A stretch of 33,648 nt of DNA from Campylobacterales bacterium (GCA_038205935.1 JBBRBK010000018.1:1-33648), one strand, 5' to 3'; positions 18,543 to 28,757 are shown, counted from the stretch's first letter. The notes: generated by a model not told the origin, from the sequence alone. Program-made: numbers and translations.

Positions 18543-18575
18543 AGTTTAACAATGAAGTGTAAAATTTATATAAAA
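18543..18575 (-). promoter_or_regulatory. Putative sox promoter: extended -10 (TGTTAAACT) with TTTTAYA direct repeat
   Basis: Minus strand TTTTATA (18575-18569) and TTTTACA (18564-18558), 11 bp apart, followed by TGT-TAAACT (18551-18543). Confidence 0.4.
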
Positions 18576-18603
18576 TGGAGTTATTTTTGCAGGTTTTTTT
18601 ATT

Positions 18604-19767
18604 TTAATTCAGAGTAATGATTCTTTTTGGAAAAGTATAGGTAAAAGTACTCCCTTTTTTTGGTTCTGATTCGATGCTTAAGAGGATTCCTTCCTTATCA
18701 ATAATTGATTTTACGATGTTAAGGCCTATGCCAAAACCCCCTTTATTTGTGTTTTCTCTATAGTACCTTTCAAAGATCTTTTCAACCTTTTCTATACCGA
18801 CACCATAATCTTGAAAACTCATGCTGCACACATCATCTCTTACATGTAAAGATATTTTGATAATATTATTTTCATATGAATACTTGATGGCATTTGAGAT
18901 ATTGTTATCCACAACCCTCTGAAGCTCTTTATAGTTCATAAAAATCGAAATATTATTTTCTATATCACTCTCAATTGTTATCTCTTTCATAGAAGCTACA
19001 TCTGAAAAATAATCTATTCTATCTTGCATAAACTTTGTAAAATCAATCTCTAGCGGCTCATGATCTATTCTATTGTACTTCACCAGATAATCCATGTCTT
19101 CATAAATATGCGATAAAACCTTTACGGCAGCTTTCATTCTTTGCATGTATTTATTCGTTGGATTTTTTCTGTTATAGAGATCTATGTTGACATTTATTAT
19201 AGCTAAAGGCGTATTGATCTCGTGGATGGAATCTTTTATGAAATTATCAAGTTTTTGATTTAAGAGCTTAAATGGTTTAGCAAAATTATTTAAAAAGAAC
19301 ATGCTAAGTCCAAATACCAATAAAACAATTGAAAACAAAATAGTTGCAACGTTTTTATAAAGATCTGCATAGGAAACACTATTTTTTACAATCAAATAAC
19401 TTGCTCCAAAGTATCTGTCTTTTGGAAGATCGATAATTAAATATGCGTCATTATCATCAAGATGATAGCCCTCTTTAAAATTTTTAATATCATAATGAAT
19501 CAGAGAAAAAATAGGCTTAAATCTTATATCATATAAGCCCGATTGAAATGTCTGAAACCGTGGATATTCAAAATATGGATCATCTTGGTTAAACTCTTCC
19601 ATAGATTTGATAATCATTAAGGATTTTTCTTTTAAAACTAACTCATTTTTTATGGAATAAATATTTTTCATATATATAAAATAAAAAAATAGTGGTGCTA
19701 ATAAAATAGCCGCCACCAGCGCAGTATAGATGAAAGCATTTTGTACAGCATTTTTAAGATCGTTCAA
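18604..19767 (-). CDS. Two-component sensor histidine kinase
   Basis: Two TMs; H-box DSIHEINTPL, N-box DNNISNAIKYS, DYGVGI, FERYYR and GGFGIGL. Confidence 0.93.
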   Translation of the reverse strand: MNDLKNAVQNAFIYTALVAAILLAPLFFYFIYMKNIYSIKNELVLKEKSLMIIKSMEEFNQDDPYFEYPRFQTFQSGLYDIRFKPIFSLIHYDIKNFKEGYHLDDNDAYLIIDLPKDRYFGASYLIVKNSVSYADLYKNVATILFSIVLLVFGLSMFFLNNFAKPFKLLNQKLDNFIKDSIHEINTPLAIINVNIDLYNRKNPTNKYMQRMKAAVKVLSHIYEDMDYLVKYNRIDHEPLEIDFTKFMQDRIDYFSDVASMKEITIESDIENNISIFMNYKELQRVVDNNISNAIKYSYENNIIKISLHVRDDVCSMSFQDYGVGIEKVEKIFERYYRENTNKGGFGIGLNIVKSIIDKEGILLSIESEPKKGSTFTYTFPKRIITLN

Positions 19768-20410
19768 TGATATACCCTAAACCTCTTCGATTTTGAATGA
19801 TTCCCTCAGGAATCTTTTGTCGAAGATTTTTCATCTGTACGCGGATAGTCGCCGGTTCAACATATTCGCCCCAAGCTTCATCTTGAATCGTGGCAATGGA
19901 GACAACCGTATTTTTATATTTTATCAACACTTCCAAGATATCTTTTTCAGCTTTTCTTAAAATCACCTCTTCATCATTTAAAGTGAGTTTTCCTTTGGTC
20001 ATATTGTAGTTTACGTTCTGCCCTAGATCTATAAAATGACTATCATCTGCATAACAACTTTTATAGGCTTGAGAGATACGTAGTTCCAATTCTTCAAGAT
20101 CAAAAGGCTTTCGAATGTAGTCACAACAACCCTTTTCATATCCTTGTCTAAGATTTGAGATATCTGTCATTGAAGTTAAAAAAATGGTTGGTATCTTCAT
20201 ATTTTCTTTATGCAGATTTTCTAAAAGTTGAAAACCAGAAAGTGATGGTACGTTGACATCCAGAAGTAAAAGATTGTAAGTTTTATCAAAAACTGCATTG
20301 TATGCATCGAGTCCATCCATAAAAGCATCCACTGTGTGACCAATATCTTCTAAAAACTCTTTGATACTTATTCGTAAAGAGTATTCATCTTCTAACAATA
20401 AAATTTTCAT
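19754..20410 (-). CDS. OmpR-family response regulator
   Basis: LLEDE, LLDVNVP (phospho-Asp), FLTS, YIRKPF; winged-helix end NRRGLGY. Confidence 0.93.
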   Translation of the reverse strand: MKILLLEDEYSLRISIKEFLEDIGHTVDAFMDGLDAYNAVFDKTYNLLLLDVNVPSLSGFQLLENLHKENMKIPTIFLTSMTDISNLRQGYEKGCCDYIRKPFDLEELELRISQAYKSCYADDSHFIDLGQNVNYNMTKGKLTLNDEEVILRKAEKDILEVLIKYKNTVVSIATIQDEAWGEYVEPATIRVQMKNLRQKIPEGIIQNRRGLGYIIERS

Positions 20411-21510
20411 TTAATTTTCCCATCAATATGTTTTACTACCCGATTGTCTAGTATAAGTTGGATCAATTCATCTTTGGAGTAATTATTCAGTTTTTTATAT
20501 GCTTGATTTGAAAAGTCTCCTTTATCTTCTCCTGATACAATATTTTTCATATAAAAAATGGCAGAAGGATTATTGAAATTATAAAGATCGCCACTTCGCA
20601 TCTCTTTACTTTTTTGAATGTTGTATAAACTACCTCTTTTTACATTGATTAAAAATGATATATCATCTTCAGGGTCTCTAAAATAATTTAAATACTTATC
20701 AGGTAATATCATCACATATGCACCTATCGTTTCTCCCGCGCCATTATGCATAGCTTCATAAAAAATATGTCTGTCCTTGGTTGAAATAATTCTATTTGAC
20801 TTCAACTGTTTAAAATCTATATTTTTCAGTACTTCAATATGCGTTGCGTTGTAGTTTCTATTTGCGACTATATATTTATTTAGAGTTAAATTTTCTTGCA
20901 TCAACACAGCAGTACTATAATATTTATCATCCATTAAAACATATAAATCTATTCCCTGCGCTCTAAAAAACTCTGTAATGGGTTCAAAAAAATCTATAAC
21001 TTCAAAAAATCCCAAGAATATGTTGTTTTTATACATGGGTACGGTCGCTTTTAATCCTAGTCTACGACCCACTTCTATCGATGTTCTTGGAGTATTATGA
21101 GTTTTAAAATAATCAAGATCCGTTCGATAATCACCAAGAGGCATCCCCGCATAAACATCATCCCAACTTCTTGCAAAAATATTGTACTCACTGGTGATGA
21201 TTTGTGCTTTTATTTTTGTATGGGTATTGGTTTCTATGTTTTTCGTAACATCTGAGAGAATGCGATATCCCAAATCTTCATCATCATTTTCAAGTGCATC
21301 CACAAGAGCACTATTTTTAGACATGGCAAGTGCTAATTTCAAGGCATCCATTTGATTGGTTTTGAGTTGATCATTTAGCTCAAGCGTTAATTGATCTAGG
21401 ACATGTTTTAACTTATCTTCTTTTACTTCAAATCGAAAGTAGAGAAAAATTGCTGTTATTATCAAGATAATAAAGATAAATATTGCCATTAAGATTTTAT
21501 ATTTAGCCAT
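20407..21510 (-). CDS. Membrane-anchored Cache-like domain protein without a cytoplasmic output domain
   Basis: Single N-terminal TM; FARSWD...IEVGRRLGLKATVPMY...LGFFEV resembles double-Cache sensor domains; stop overlaps the regulator start. Confidence 0.65.
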   Translation of the reverse strand: MAKYKILMAIFIFIILIITAIFLYFRFEVKEDKLKHVLDQLTLELNDQLKTNQMDALKLALAMSKNSALVDALENDDEDLGYRILSDVTKNIETNTHTKIKAQIITSEYNIFARSWDDVYAGMPLGDYRTDLDYFKTHNTPRTSIEVGRRLGLKATVPMYKNNIFLGFFEVIDFFEPITEFFRAQGIDLYVLMDDKYYSTAVLMQENLTLNKYIVANRNYNATHIEVLKNIDFKQLKSNRIISTKDRHIFYEAMHNGAGETIGAYVMILPDKYLNYFRDPEDDISFLINVKRGSLYNIQKSKEMRSGDLYNFNNPSAIFYMKNIVSGEDKGDFSNQAYKKLNNYSKDELIQLILDNRVVKHIDGKIK

Positions 21511-21566
21511 TGTTAATGCGTTTTACCTTTTTATAAGTGATACTATCTTTTTACATGTAAGTTTTG

Positions 21567-21586
21567 AAGCCTTACATCTAAGGCTT
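21567..21586. terminator. Hairpin at the ridA stop
   Basis: AAGCCTTA-CATC-TAAGGCTT, a perfect 8-bp stem; no U-tract in the ridA direction. Confidence 0.5.
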
Positions 21587-21960
21587 TATTTTACTAAAGC
21601 AATAGCGTCTATTTCCACTAAAGCATTTTTCGGAAGAGTTTTGACAGCTACAGTTGAACGTGCCGGTTTGTGAGAGCCAAACGCCTCAGCATACAGTTCA
21701 TTGACAGTAGCAAAATCATCCATACTTGCTAAAAATATAGTCGTTTTGATAACTTGATCTAGATCGCTGCCCGCTTCTTGAAGTACGGCAGTAAGATTTT
21801 TTAAAACCTGTTTTGTTTGAACTGCGACGTCATCTTCAAGCATCACACCCTCTGGAGTTAAAGCGATCTGTCCTGAAGTGTAAACGATTCCATTGGCTAT
21901 AACTGCTTGTGAATATGGTCCAATCGCTGATGGTGCTTTTGTTGTTTGTACGAATTTCAT
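21586..21960 (-). CDS. ridA: RidA / YjgF family enamine deaminase
   Basis: APSAIGPYSQA, SGQI, PARSTVAV and LPKNALVEID. Confidence 0.92.
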   Translation of the reverse strand: MKFVQTTKAPSAIGPYSQAVIANGIVYTSGQIALTPEGVMLEDDVAVQTKQVLKNLTAVLQEAGSDLDQVIKTTIFLASMDDFATVNELYAEAFGSHKPARSTVAVKTLPKNALVEIDAIALVK

Positions 21961-21969
21961 AATTACCCC

Positions 21970-23064
21970 TTAATATATTTCTATGAGACGTTTAAAGATC
22001 TTATAAAGATCCTCGACCTCTTTTGCTGTCGTTCTCTCGTTTATGGAGTGAATTGTATCATTTTTCACTCCAAACTCTATCACTTCCACCCCGCAAGGCG
22101 CGATAAATCTGGCATCACTTGTGCCTCCGGCTGTGGAGTATTTTGTTTTTATGCCTGTTATCTCTTCTATGGCTTTGTCTATATCTTTAACAATTTTTGT
22201 ATCAGAGTTTGTCACAAAAGGAAAGGCTGTTTGATCAAGGGAGAGAGTATAGTCCATCTCTTTAAAATGCTCTGCCACGAAATTCTCTATCTCTTTTGTC
22301 GTCGTTTTTGTGGAGTTGCGTACATTAAACATCATTTCCAAAGAGTTTGGAGTTACGTTTGTGACTTGCATTCCAGAACGAATATCGGTGATGACAAATT
22401 TGCTTGGTGCAAAAAACTCATCTCCATTGTCAAGATCGACTCCAGCAATCTTATCTAGCACTTTTGCAATTTGGTGAATCGGATTGATCGATTTTTCTGG
22501 ATATGCTGCATGTCCCTGCTTGCCTTGGATCTTTAAGAGTCCATTGATAGAACCGCGACGCCCTACTTTAATAGCATCGCCAAAAACGGCTTCACATGTA
22601 GGTTCAGCAACCACACAGCTATGAGGCATCAAATCATTTTCTTTGAGATATTTTAAAACTTCAAGCGTTCCATATTTACCCGGGCCTTCCTCATCCGAAG
22701 TCAAAAGCAAAGAAAGTATTCCATTAAACTCTTTTGTCTCTTTAACGGCTTGCAAAAATGCCGCCACGCCACTTTTCATATCCTGTGCACCGCGACCATA
22801 AATGTAACCATCTTTTTCTACAGCTTCATAAGGATTTGTATCCCAACCGCCACCTGCGGGAACAACATCCACATGTCCGGCAAAACAGAGATGTTTTCCT
22901 TCACCGAATTTTTTATAAATAAAAAGATTTTTTACCTCATTTTTATCTATTCTTACAGCCGTATATCCTTGCAAATATTCAGCTATAAAATCGAGTAATC
23001 CACCATCATCAGGCGTTTCACTTTTTGCATTTATCAGATGTTTAAACAGTTCTATTATTTGCAT
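21970..23064 (-). CDS. dapE: Succinyl-diaminopimelate desuccinylase
   Basis: FAGHVDVVP, GRGAQDMKSG, TSDEEG, KVGRRGS, GHAAYP, GGTSDARF and TIHSINE. Confidence 0.95.
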   Translation of the reverse strand: MQIIELFKHLINAKSETPDDGGLLDFIAEYLQGYTAVRIDKNEVKNLFIYKKFGEGKHLCFAGHVDVVPAGGGWDTNPYEAVEKDGYIYGRGAQDMKSGVAAFLQAVKETKEFNGILSLLLTSDEEGPGKYGTLEVLKYLKENDLMPHSCVVAEPTCEAVFGDAIKVGRRGSINGLLKIQGKQGHAAYPEKSINPIHQIAKVLDKIAGVDLDNGDEFFAPSKFVITDIRSGMQVTNVTPNSLEMMFNVRNSTKTTTKEIENFVAEHFKEMDYTLSLDQTAFPFVTNSDTKIVKDIDKAIEEITGIKTKYSTAGGTSDARFIAPCGVEVIEFGVKNDTIHSINERTTAKEVEDLYKIFKRLIEIY

Positions 23065-24485
23065 TATTCGTCATCTTTTTTATTTTCTAAAAACTTTTCT
23101 CTTTTTGTCTCTTGGCTCCAGCCGCCGCCAAGCGCTTTATAGAGTGTTACATCTGCGATAAGCAGCTGGCCCGCAACATCTGCACCTGAAAGCTTGGCAT
23201 TTAAAAGTGCTTTTTGAGCATCAAGGACATCAAGATAACTTGCCGTTCCATGATCGAACTTTTTAGTTGCTATCTCTAAAGCATTTTGATAGGCAGCAGT
23301 TTCTTGATTTGTCGCGTCACGTTTGAGATTGGAAATCTTGATTGTTTCTAAAGCATCAAATACCTCTTTATAAGCGATCTTAACAGCTTTTTCATAAGAA
23401 ATAATTGCGGCCCTTTGATCTGATTTACTCGCCTTTACAGCTTGTTTGATTCTTCCAAAATCAAACAAAGGCACATTGATACTCGGGCCAAAGCCCCATG
23501 CCAAAGAACTGCTTTGCATCAGTTTATCAAGCGTTTGACTCTGGTATCCATAACTTCCAGTCAAAGTCACACTTGGAAAGTAAGCCGCTTTTGCAACACC
23601 CACAAGTGACGTTTTAGATCTTAGATTTTCTTCAGCAGCTTTGATATCTGGACGGTTTTGTAAAAGTGATGCTGAAAGACCTGAGGGAATATTGATCCCC
23701 TCTGGCAAAGTTTTTGAACTCATTAAGACATTTTCAAATATCTCTTTTGGATTACGTCCCAAAAGAAGGATCAAAGCATTTTGTACTTTTATCCTGCTTG
23801 ATTGTATGGTCTGCATCATAGTATTTGCTGATGCTACTTGTGCTCTTGCCTGTGCTACTACAAGTTCATCTACAACTCCGTGTTTAAGTTGCTTTTCTTT
23901 GTAATTCAGAGTATCTTCATAACTTTTTAGACTCTCTTTTGCGATACGTAGTTGCTCATTGATAGAAACAAGATTAAAATAGTAACTTGCCACATCACTC
24001 ACAAGAGAAATCTCTAGAGCATCATGAAGTGCGTCAGTTGCAAGAAGTGTCGCGAAGTTAGCTTTTTCCTGATTTCTTACTTTTCCCCAAAAATCTAGTT
24101 CATACGCCACTGAAGCTGAAAGAGCAAAGTTATTGTACGTACCGCCAAATGAACTTGGATAGGCATTTAAACTCTTACTTTGACGTGTTGCACTTCCATC
24201 AAGATCAATCTCTGGATACATCTGAGCTTCACTAATTCCATAAAGAGCTCTAGCTTTTTTGACATTTTCTACGGCAAGCTTCAAATCATCATTATTTTGA
24301 AGTGCCTCGGTGATGAGTTTGTTAAGATTTTGATCACCAAAACCTCTCCACCACTGCGTATCGATATTGGCGCTTTTTTTACTTACAGAAGTTGGAAGCG
24401 CAATATCGGGAGTCTTCATCTCTGGTGCAAATGAACAACCAGCAAAAAATAGCATCGCAAAACTTAGTAATATTTTAGTTTGCAT
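23064..24485 (-). CDS. RND efflux outer-membrane lipoprotein (OprM/CmeC-like)
   Basis: Start reassigned to 24485 (RBS AAGGAG); lipobox FAGC; WWRGFGD, YELDFWG, LLQNRPDI and LYKALGGGW. Confidence 0.9.
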   Translation of the reverse strand: MQTKILLSFAMLFFAGCSFAPEMKTPDIALPTSVSKKSANIDTQWWRGFGDQNLNKLITEALQNNDDLKLAVENVKKARALYGISEAQMYPEIDLDGSATRQSKSLNAYPSSFGGTYNNFALSASVAYELDFWGKVRNQEKANFATLLATDALHDALEISLVSDVASYYFNLVSINEQLRIAKESLKSYEDTLNYKEKQLKHGVVDELVVAQARAQVASANTMMQTIQSSRIKVQNALILLLGRNPKEIFENVLMSSKTLPEGINIPSGLSASLLQNRPDIKAAEENLRSKTSLVGVAKAAYFPSVTLTGSYGYQSQTLDKLMQSSSLAWGFGPSINVPLFDFGRIKQAVKASKSDQRAAIISYEKAVKIAYKEVFDALETIKISNLKRDATNQETAAYQNALEIATKKFDHGTASYLDVLDAQKALLNAKLSGADVAGQLLIADVTLYKALGGGWSQETKREKFLENKKDDE

Positions 24486-27400
24486 GACCATCTCCTTTAG
24501 CAAAAAATCTCTGTTTAAAACTCATAATCAAATAATAAAAAAGCGGTACAAAAAAGATACCGATCATGGTCAACGCTATCATTCCACCTACAACAGTCGT
24601 TCCGATAATATGACGGCTGTTTGCTCCAGCACCTACACTTAAGGCCAAAGGCAAAGAACCCATAATAAATGCAAATGATGTCATAACAATCGGACGAAAA
24701 CGCACTTTTGCACCCTCAATAGTCGCATCAAGAAGTGAATGTCCAAGTTTGAGTCTTTGCATCGCAAACTCTACCATCAAGATGGCATTTTTTGCTGAGA
24801 GTCCTACAAGAGTGATAAGTCCGACTTGGAAATAGATATCGCTCTCGAGTCCTCGTAACCAAAGTCCTAAAACTGCTCCAAAGAATGCAAATGGAACAGC
24901 CAAGATAACCGCAAATGGAATACTCCAACTCTCATACAAAGCCGCGAGAATTAAAAAGACAAAAAGTATCGCATATACAAATGCCATATTTCCACCCTTT
25001 TCTAAACTTTTTTCTTGATATGCTGTTCCTGCCCAACTGATGGAATATCCATCTGGCAAGACAGACGCAGAAACCTCTTCTATAGCTTTAAGCGCATCTC
25101 CAGAACTATACCCCGGTTTTGGCTGACCTGAAATTTTTGCCGCATCAAACATATTGAAACGCTGGATGACACTTGGTCCTACAACACGGGTAATCTTAGC
25201 CACTTCACTGATAGGGATTAAATTTCCATTGGAAGATTTAACAAATATATTATCATAACTATTTGTACTCCCACGATATGGCGCATCTGACTCTACATCT
25301 ACATGATACGTACGACCAAAAAGGTTGAAGTCATTCACATAAGAACCACCATATGATGCTTGAATAGTTGTAAAAATATCGGCAATAGAGATACTAAGAG
25401 CCTTAGCTTTTTCTTTATCAACCTCCACCTTATACTGTGGTACATTAGTATTTAAACTTGAACGCACCCCCATAAGCTCAGGACGATCAGATGCACGTTT
25501 GACAATCTCATCGACATAATCATTTAACAGTGTTACATCACCACCGGTACGATCTTGCACATACATCTCAAATCCACCGGTTGTACTCATACCGCGAATC
25601 GGAGGTGGAGTCACAGCAAACAAAAAGGCTTCTTTATTTTGTGAAAATTGCCCCATAAGTGATTTCGCGATCTGATCTGCTCCTAATTCAGCAGACTTGC
25701 GCTTGTCCCAATCTGTAAGGTGTACAAAAGAGATTGCTGAATCTGTTTTATACGCAAATGTCGTGATATCAAGACCGGAAAGTCCTGCTACTTTTGTAAC
25801 ATTTGGATTTTTTAAAAGTGTATCTCCAACCTCATCAGTTGTCGCTTTTGTTCTTGATAAAGAGGTACCTGGCATCATATTTTGGATTACCATAACAACC
25901 CCCTGATCCTCGTTTGGAACTAGCCCAGTTGGGAGTTTTTTAGAGAGCATATATGCCACGCCTATCATAACCACAAAAAGAATAAGATTTAAAAATCCAA
26001 GCTTGATGACACGCTTCACACCTGAAGTGAAACCAGATGTCGCCATGTCAAAAAACTGGTGAAATTTTCTTATAGGCCAAAAAGGTGTCGGCTCTTCATG
26101 TTTTAAAAACAACGCACATAGTGCAGGAGTCAATGTCAAAGCAACAAGTCCAGAAATACTCACAGACATAACGATAGTAATGGCAAACTGCTGATACAAC
26201 TTTCCGCTAAAGCCTCCTATAAACGAAGCAGGAATAAAAACAGCCGAAAGCACCAAAACAATAGCGATAACCGGCCCTGTAATCTCACTCATCGCCTTGA
26301 TGGTAGCATCTTTGACACTCATATCACGATTCTCATGTAAGATCCGCTCAACATTTTCGATAACGACAATGGCATCATCCACAACGAGCCCGATGGCCAG
26401 AGTAAGCCCAAAGAGGGTAAGAAGATTGATAGAAAATCCAGCGGCATAAAATCCTGCAAACGTCCCGATAATAGAAACAGGAATCGCAATAACAGGGATG
26501 ATAGTTGCTCTAACATTGCCTAAGAAAAGATAGATAATTCCAACAACTAGTAAAATAGAAAGTCCTAAAGTATAAACAACTTCCGTAATCGACTGTTTAA
26601 CAAATTCTGTTGGATCATACGGAACACTGATTTTTATATCTGAGGGGAATTTTTTTGAAAGCTCTTCCACTGTTTTATCAAGTTCTGCTGAGACTTTAAG
26701 CGCATTCGCTCCCGGAGAAAGGAAGATCCCAACTGGGATCATTGGCTCTTTATTGAATGTTGCTTTAAAAGAATAAGTTGCTGAGCCAAGTTCCACGCGC
26801 GCAACATCTTTAAGTTTGAGTGCTGAACCATCAGGATTTGATTTTAGGATGATATCACCAAACTGCTCCGCATCCTGAAGTCTGCCCTGAGCTTGAACCG
26901 TATAAGTAAATACCTGATCTTTTGCCGTTGGCTCTTGTCCTAATTGTCCTGCTGAGTATTGATTATTTTGACTCTTTATTGCATTTACGACATCAGTGAC
27001 ACTTAGACCGAAGTTCGCAAGTTTATCAGGTGCGAGCCAAACACGCATGGAATAATCTTGATTACCAAAGATATGTGCATCACCAACGCCAGGAATACGT
27101 TTAATGTCATCCAAAACATTCATAGAAACATAGTTTGATAAAAAGATAGTGTCATGCTTTTGATCTTTTGAAGTAAAAGCAAGGACTTTGAGCATATCGG
27201 GAGATTGTTTTCGTATGCTTATCCCTTGATCGCGAACAGATTGAGGAAGTGAACTAAGTGCGAGTTGCACACGATTGTTAACATCCACATTTGCCGCATC
27301 TGGATCTGTTCCTATTTTAAAAAGAACACTAATAGAGATACTTCCACTTGGCGAAGCCGTAGAGGTCATGTAAATCATGTTATCCGCGCCGTTAATCGCT

Positions 27401-27603
27401 TCTTCAAGTGGTGCAGCAACAGTTTTTGCTAGTGTCTGAGCGTCCGCTCCCGGATAAGTTGCACTCACGTTGATCTGAACTGGAACAACACTTGGGTAAG
27501 CTTCAATAGGGAGAATCTTAATTGATATAAAACCTACGATAAGCACTATGATAGAGAGTACTGCAGAAAAAATAGGCCTATTTATAAAGAATTTAGAAAA
27601 CAT
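24475..27603 (-). CDS. HAE1-family RND efflux permease (AcrB/CmeB-like)
   Basis: MFSKFFINRPIF, GLVVDDAIVVIENVER, GLSAKNAILMVEFA and RFRPIVMTS; 1042 aa. Confidence 0.95.
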   Translation of the reverse strand: MFSKFFINRPIFSAVLSIIVLIVGFISIKILPIEAYPSVVPVQINVSATYPGADAQTLAKTVAAPLEEAINGADNMIYMTSTASPSGSISISVLFKIGTDPDAANVDVNNRVQLALSSLPQSVRDQGISIRKQSPDMLKVLAFTSKDQKHDTIFLSNYVSMNVLDDIKRIPGVGDAHIFGNQDYSMRVWLAPDKLANFGLSVTDVVNAIKSQNNQYSAGQLGQEPTAKDQVFTYTVQAQGRLQDAEQFGDIILKSNPDGSALKLKDVARVELGSATYSFKATFNKEPMIPVGIFLSPGANALKVSAELDKTVEELSKKFPSDIKISVPYDPTEFVKQSITEVVYTLGLSILLVVGIIYLFLGNVRATIIPVIAIPVSIIGTFAGFYAAGFSINLLTLFGLTLAIGLVVDDAIVVIENVERILHENRDMSVKDATIKAMSEITGPVIAIVLVLSAVFIPASFIGGFSGKLYQQFAITIVMSVSISGLVALTLTPALCALFLKHEEPTPFWPIRKFHQFFDMATSGFTSGVKRVIKLGFLNLILFVVMIGVAYMLSKKLPTGLVPNEDQGVVMVIQNMMPGTSLSRTKATTDEVGDTLLKNPNVTKVAGLSGLDITTFAYKTDSAISFVHLTDWDKRKSAELGADQIAKSLMGQFSQNKEAFLFAVTPPPIRGMSTTGGFEMYVQDRTGGDVTLLNDYVDEIVKRASDRPELMGVRSSLNTNVPQYKVEVDKEKAKALSISIADIFTTIQASYGGSYVNDFNLFGRTYHVDVESDAPYRGSTNSYDNIFVKSSNGNLIPISEVAKITRVVGPSVIQRFNMFDAAKISGQPKPGYSSGDALKAIEEVSASVLPDGYSISWAGTAYQEKSLEKGGNMAFVYAILFVFLILAALYESWSIPFAVILAVPFAFFGAVLGLWLRGLESDIYFQVGLITLVGLSAKNAILMVEFAMQRLKLGHSLLDATIEGAKVRFRPIVMTSFAFIMGSLPLALSVGAGANSRHIIGTTVVGGMIALTMIGIFFVPLFYYLIMSFKQRFFAKGDGHAN

Positions 27604-27611
27604 CTTCCTGC

Positions 27612-28757
27612 CTATTTATTGATAGTTTTATCGATGATGACAGAAGCACCCGGTTTGATACGAAAGAAGTTGTTAACAACGACTACATCTTTTGGCGATA
27701 CACCCGAGACTACAAAGTTTTGACCCGCTGTATCTAAAATTTTTACTGGTTTTGCAACTACTTTTCCATTGACTACTACAAAGACTATAGTTCCTAGAGG
27801 ATTTTGTAAAACAGCTTTTTGTGGAACTATCATAATATTTTTAGAAACAATGCCCATTATCTTCACTTTTGCAAATGTACCTGACAAGAGAGAGAGGGAA
27901 GCATTATCAAAAACAGCGCGAGCTTTAAGTGTAGAAGTCGATTTATCTACACGTGAATCGACAAAATCTATTTTACCAAGTGTTTGATAAGGCTTGCCAT
28001 CTACTATAAGAGAAGCTTTGAGATTTGCACTTTGTATATGTGCCCAGTTCCCTTTTTGAAGTTGATATTTTTGTTTTATTGCACTGATATCAGGGATGGA
28101 AAATTCCGCATAGATAGGATTTGTCTGAGTAATGCTTACAATCGCTGATCCTTCTTTTACAAGGTCTCCGACATCTACCATTTTCATTCCAGTTATTCCG
28201 CTGATAGTTGCGCGCACATTTGTATAGCTAAGATCGACAGCAACTTTATGAAGCGCTGCTTTTGCAACATTTGCACTTGCTTTGGCTGTTTGATAAGCAT
28301 AAAATGCACTATCTTTATCCTGATCACTTATCGCTTTATCTTTGAAAAGAGCATTTGCACGATCCCAATCTTTTTGCGCTTTATCAAGCTTTGCATTTTC
28401 AAGCTGTAGATTTGCTTTTGCACTCTCTACACTTGCCTCGTAGGTATCTGGCTCTATCTTATAAAGCAGATCTCCCTTTTTGACTGATTGTCCCTCAATG
28501 TAGTATTTTTTTTGTAATACACCCGTGACTCTCGCAGTGATCGTCACATCTTGTACAGATGTAATACGCGCGGGGTATTCAAGAGGAATTTGCATATCTT
28601 GTGCGGCGCCGACGATGTAAACATCAACTTTTGGTGCTGGCATTACAGCGATAGTTTTAGTATCTTGCGCGAAAAGAACGCTACCAATCAAAACACTTCC
28701 AACTAAAGCACTTCCTATTAAAACTGTATTTGATAAATATTTACTCAATAACTTCAT
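27612..28757 (-). CDS. RND periplasmic adaptor (AcrA/CmeA-like)
   Basis: ARVTG...EGQSVKKGDLLY, LSYTNVRATISG, VPQKAV; lies between marR and the RND permease. Confidence 0.9.
   Translation of the reverse strand: MKLLSKYLSNTVLIGSALVGSVLIGSVLFAQDTKTIAVMPAPKVDVYIVGAAQDMQIPLEYPARITSVQDVTITARVTGVLQKKYYIEGQSVKKGDLLYKIEPDTYEASVESAKANLQLENAKLDKAQKDWDRANALFKDKAISDQDKDSAFYAYQTAKASANVAKAALHKVAVDLSYTNVRATISGITGMKMVDVGDLVKEGSAIVSITQTNPIYAEFSIPDISAIKQKYQLQKGNWAHIQSANLKASLIVDGKPYQTLGKIDFVDSRVDKSTSTLKARAVFDNASLSLLSGTFAKVKIMGIVSKNIMIVPQKAVLQNPLGTIVFVVVNGKVVAKPVKILDTAGQNFVVSGVSPKDVVVVNNFFRIKPGASVIIDKTINK
28680..28724 (-). repeat. Three imperfect 15-bp tandem units in the adaptor signal region (VLIGS-ALVGS-VLIGS)
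   Basis: Minus strand GTTTTAATAGGAAGT GCTTTAGTTGGAAGT GTTTTGATTGGTAGC. Confidence 0.6.

Noticed and set aside
6300..28565. One-off variants such as AGATGTAA / TTACATCT (e.g. near 6303, 11080, 15610, 28557)
   Set aside because: Not counted as motif copies because common codon pairs could explain them; this needs a statistical test.
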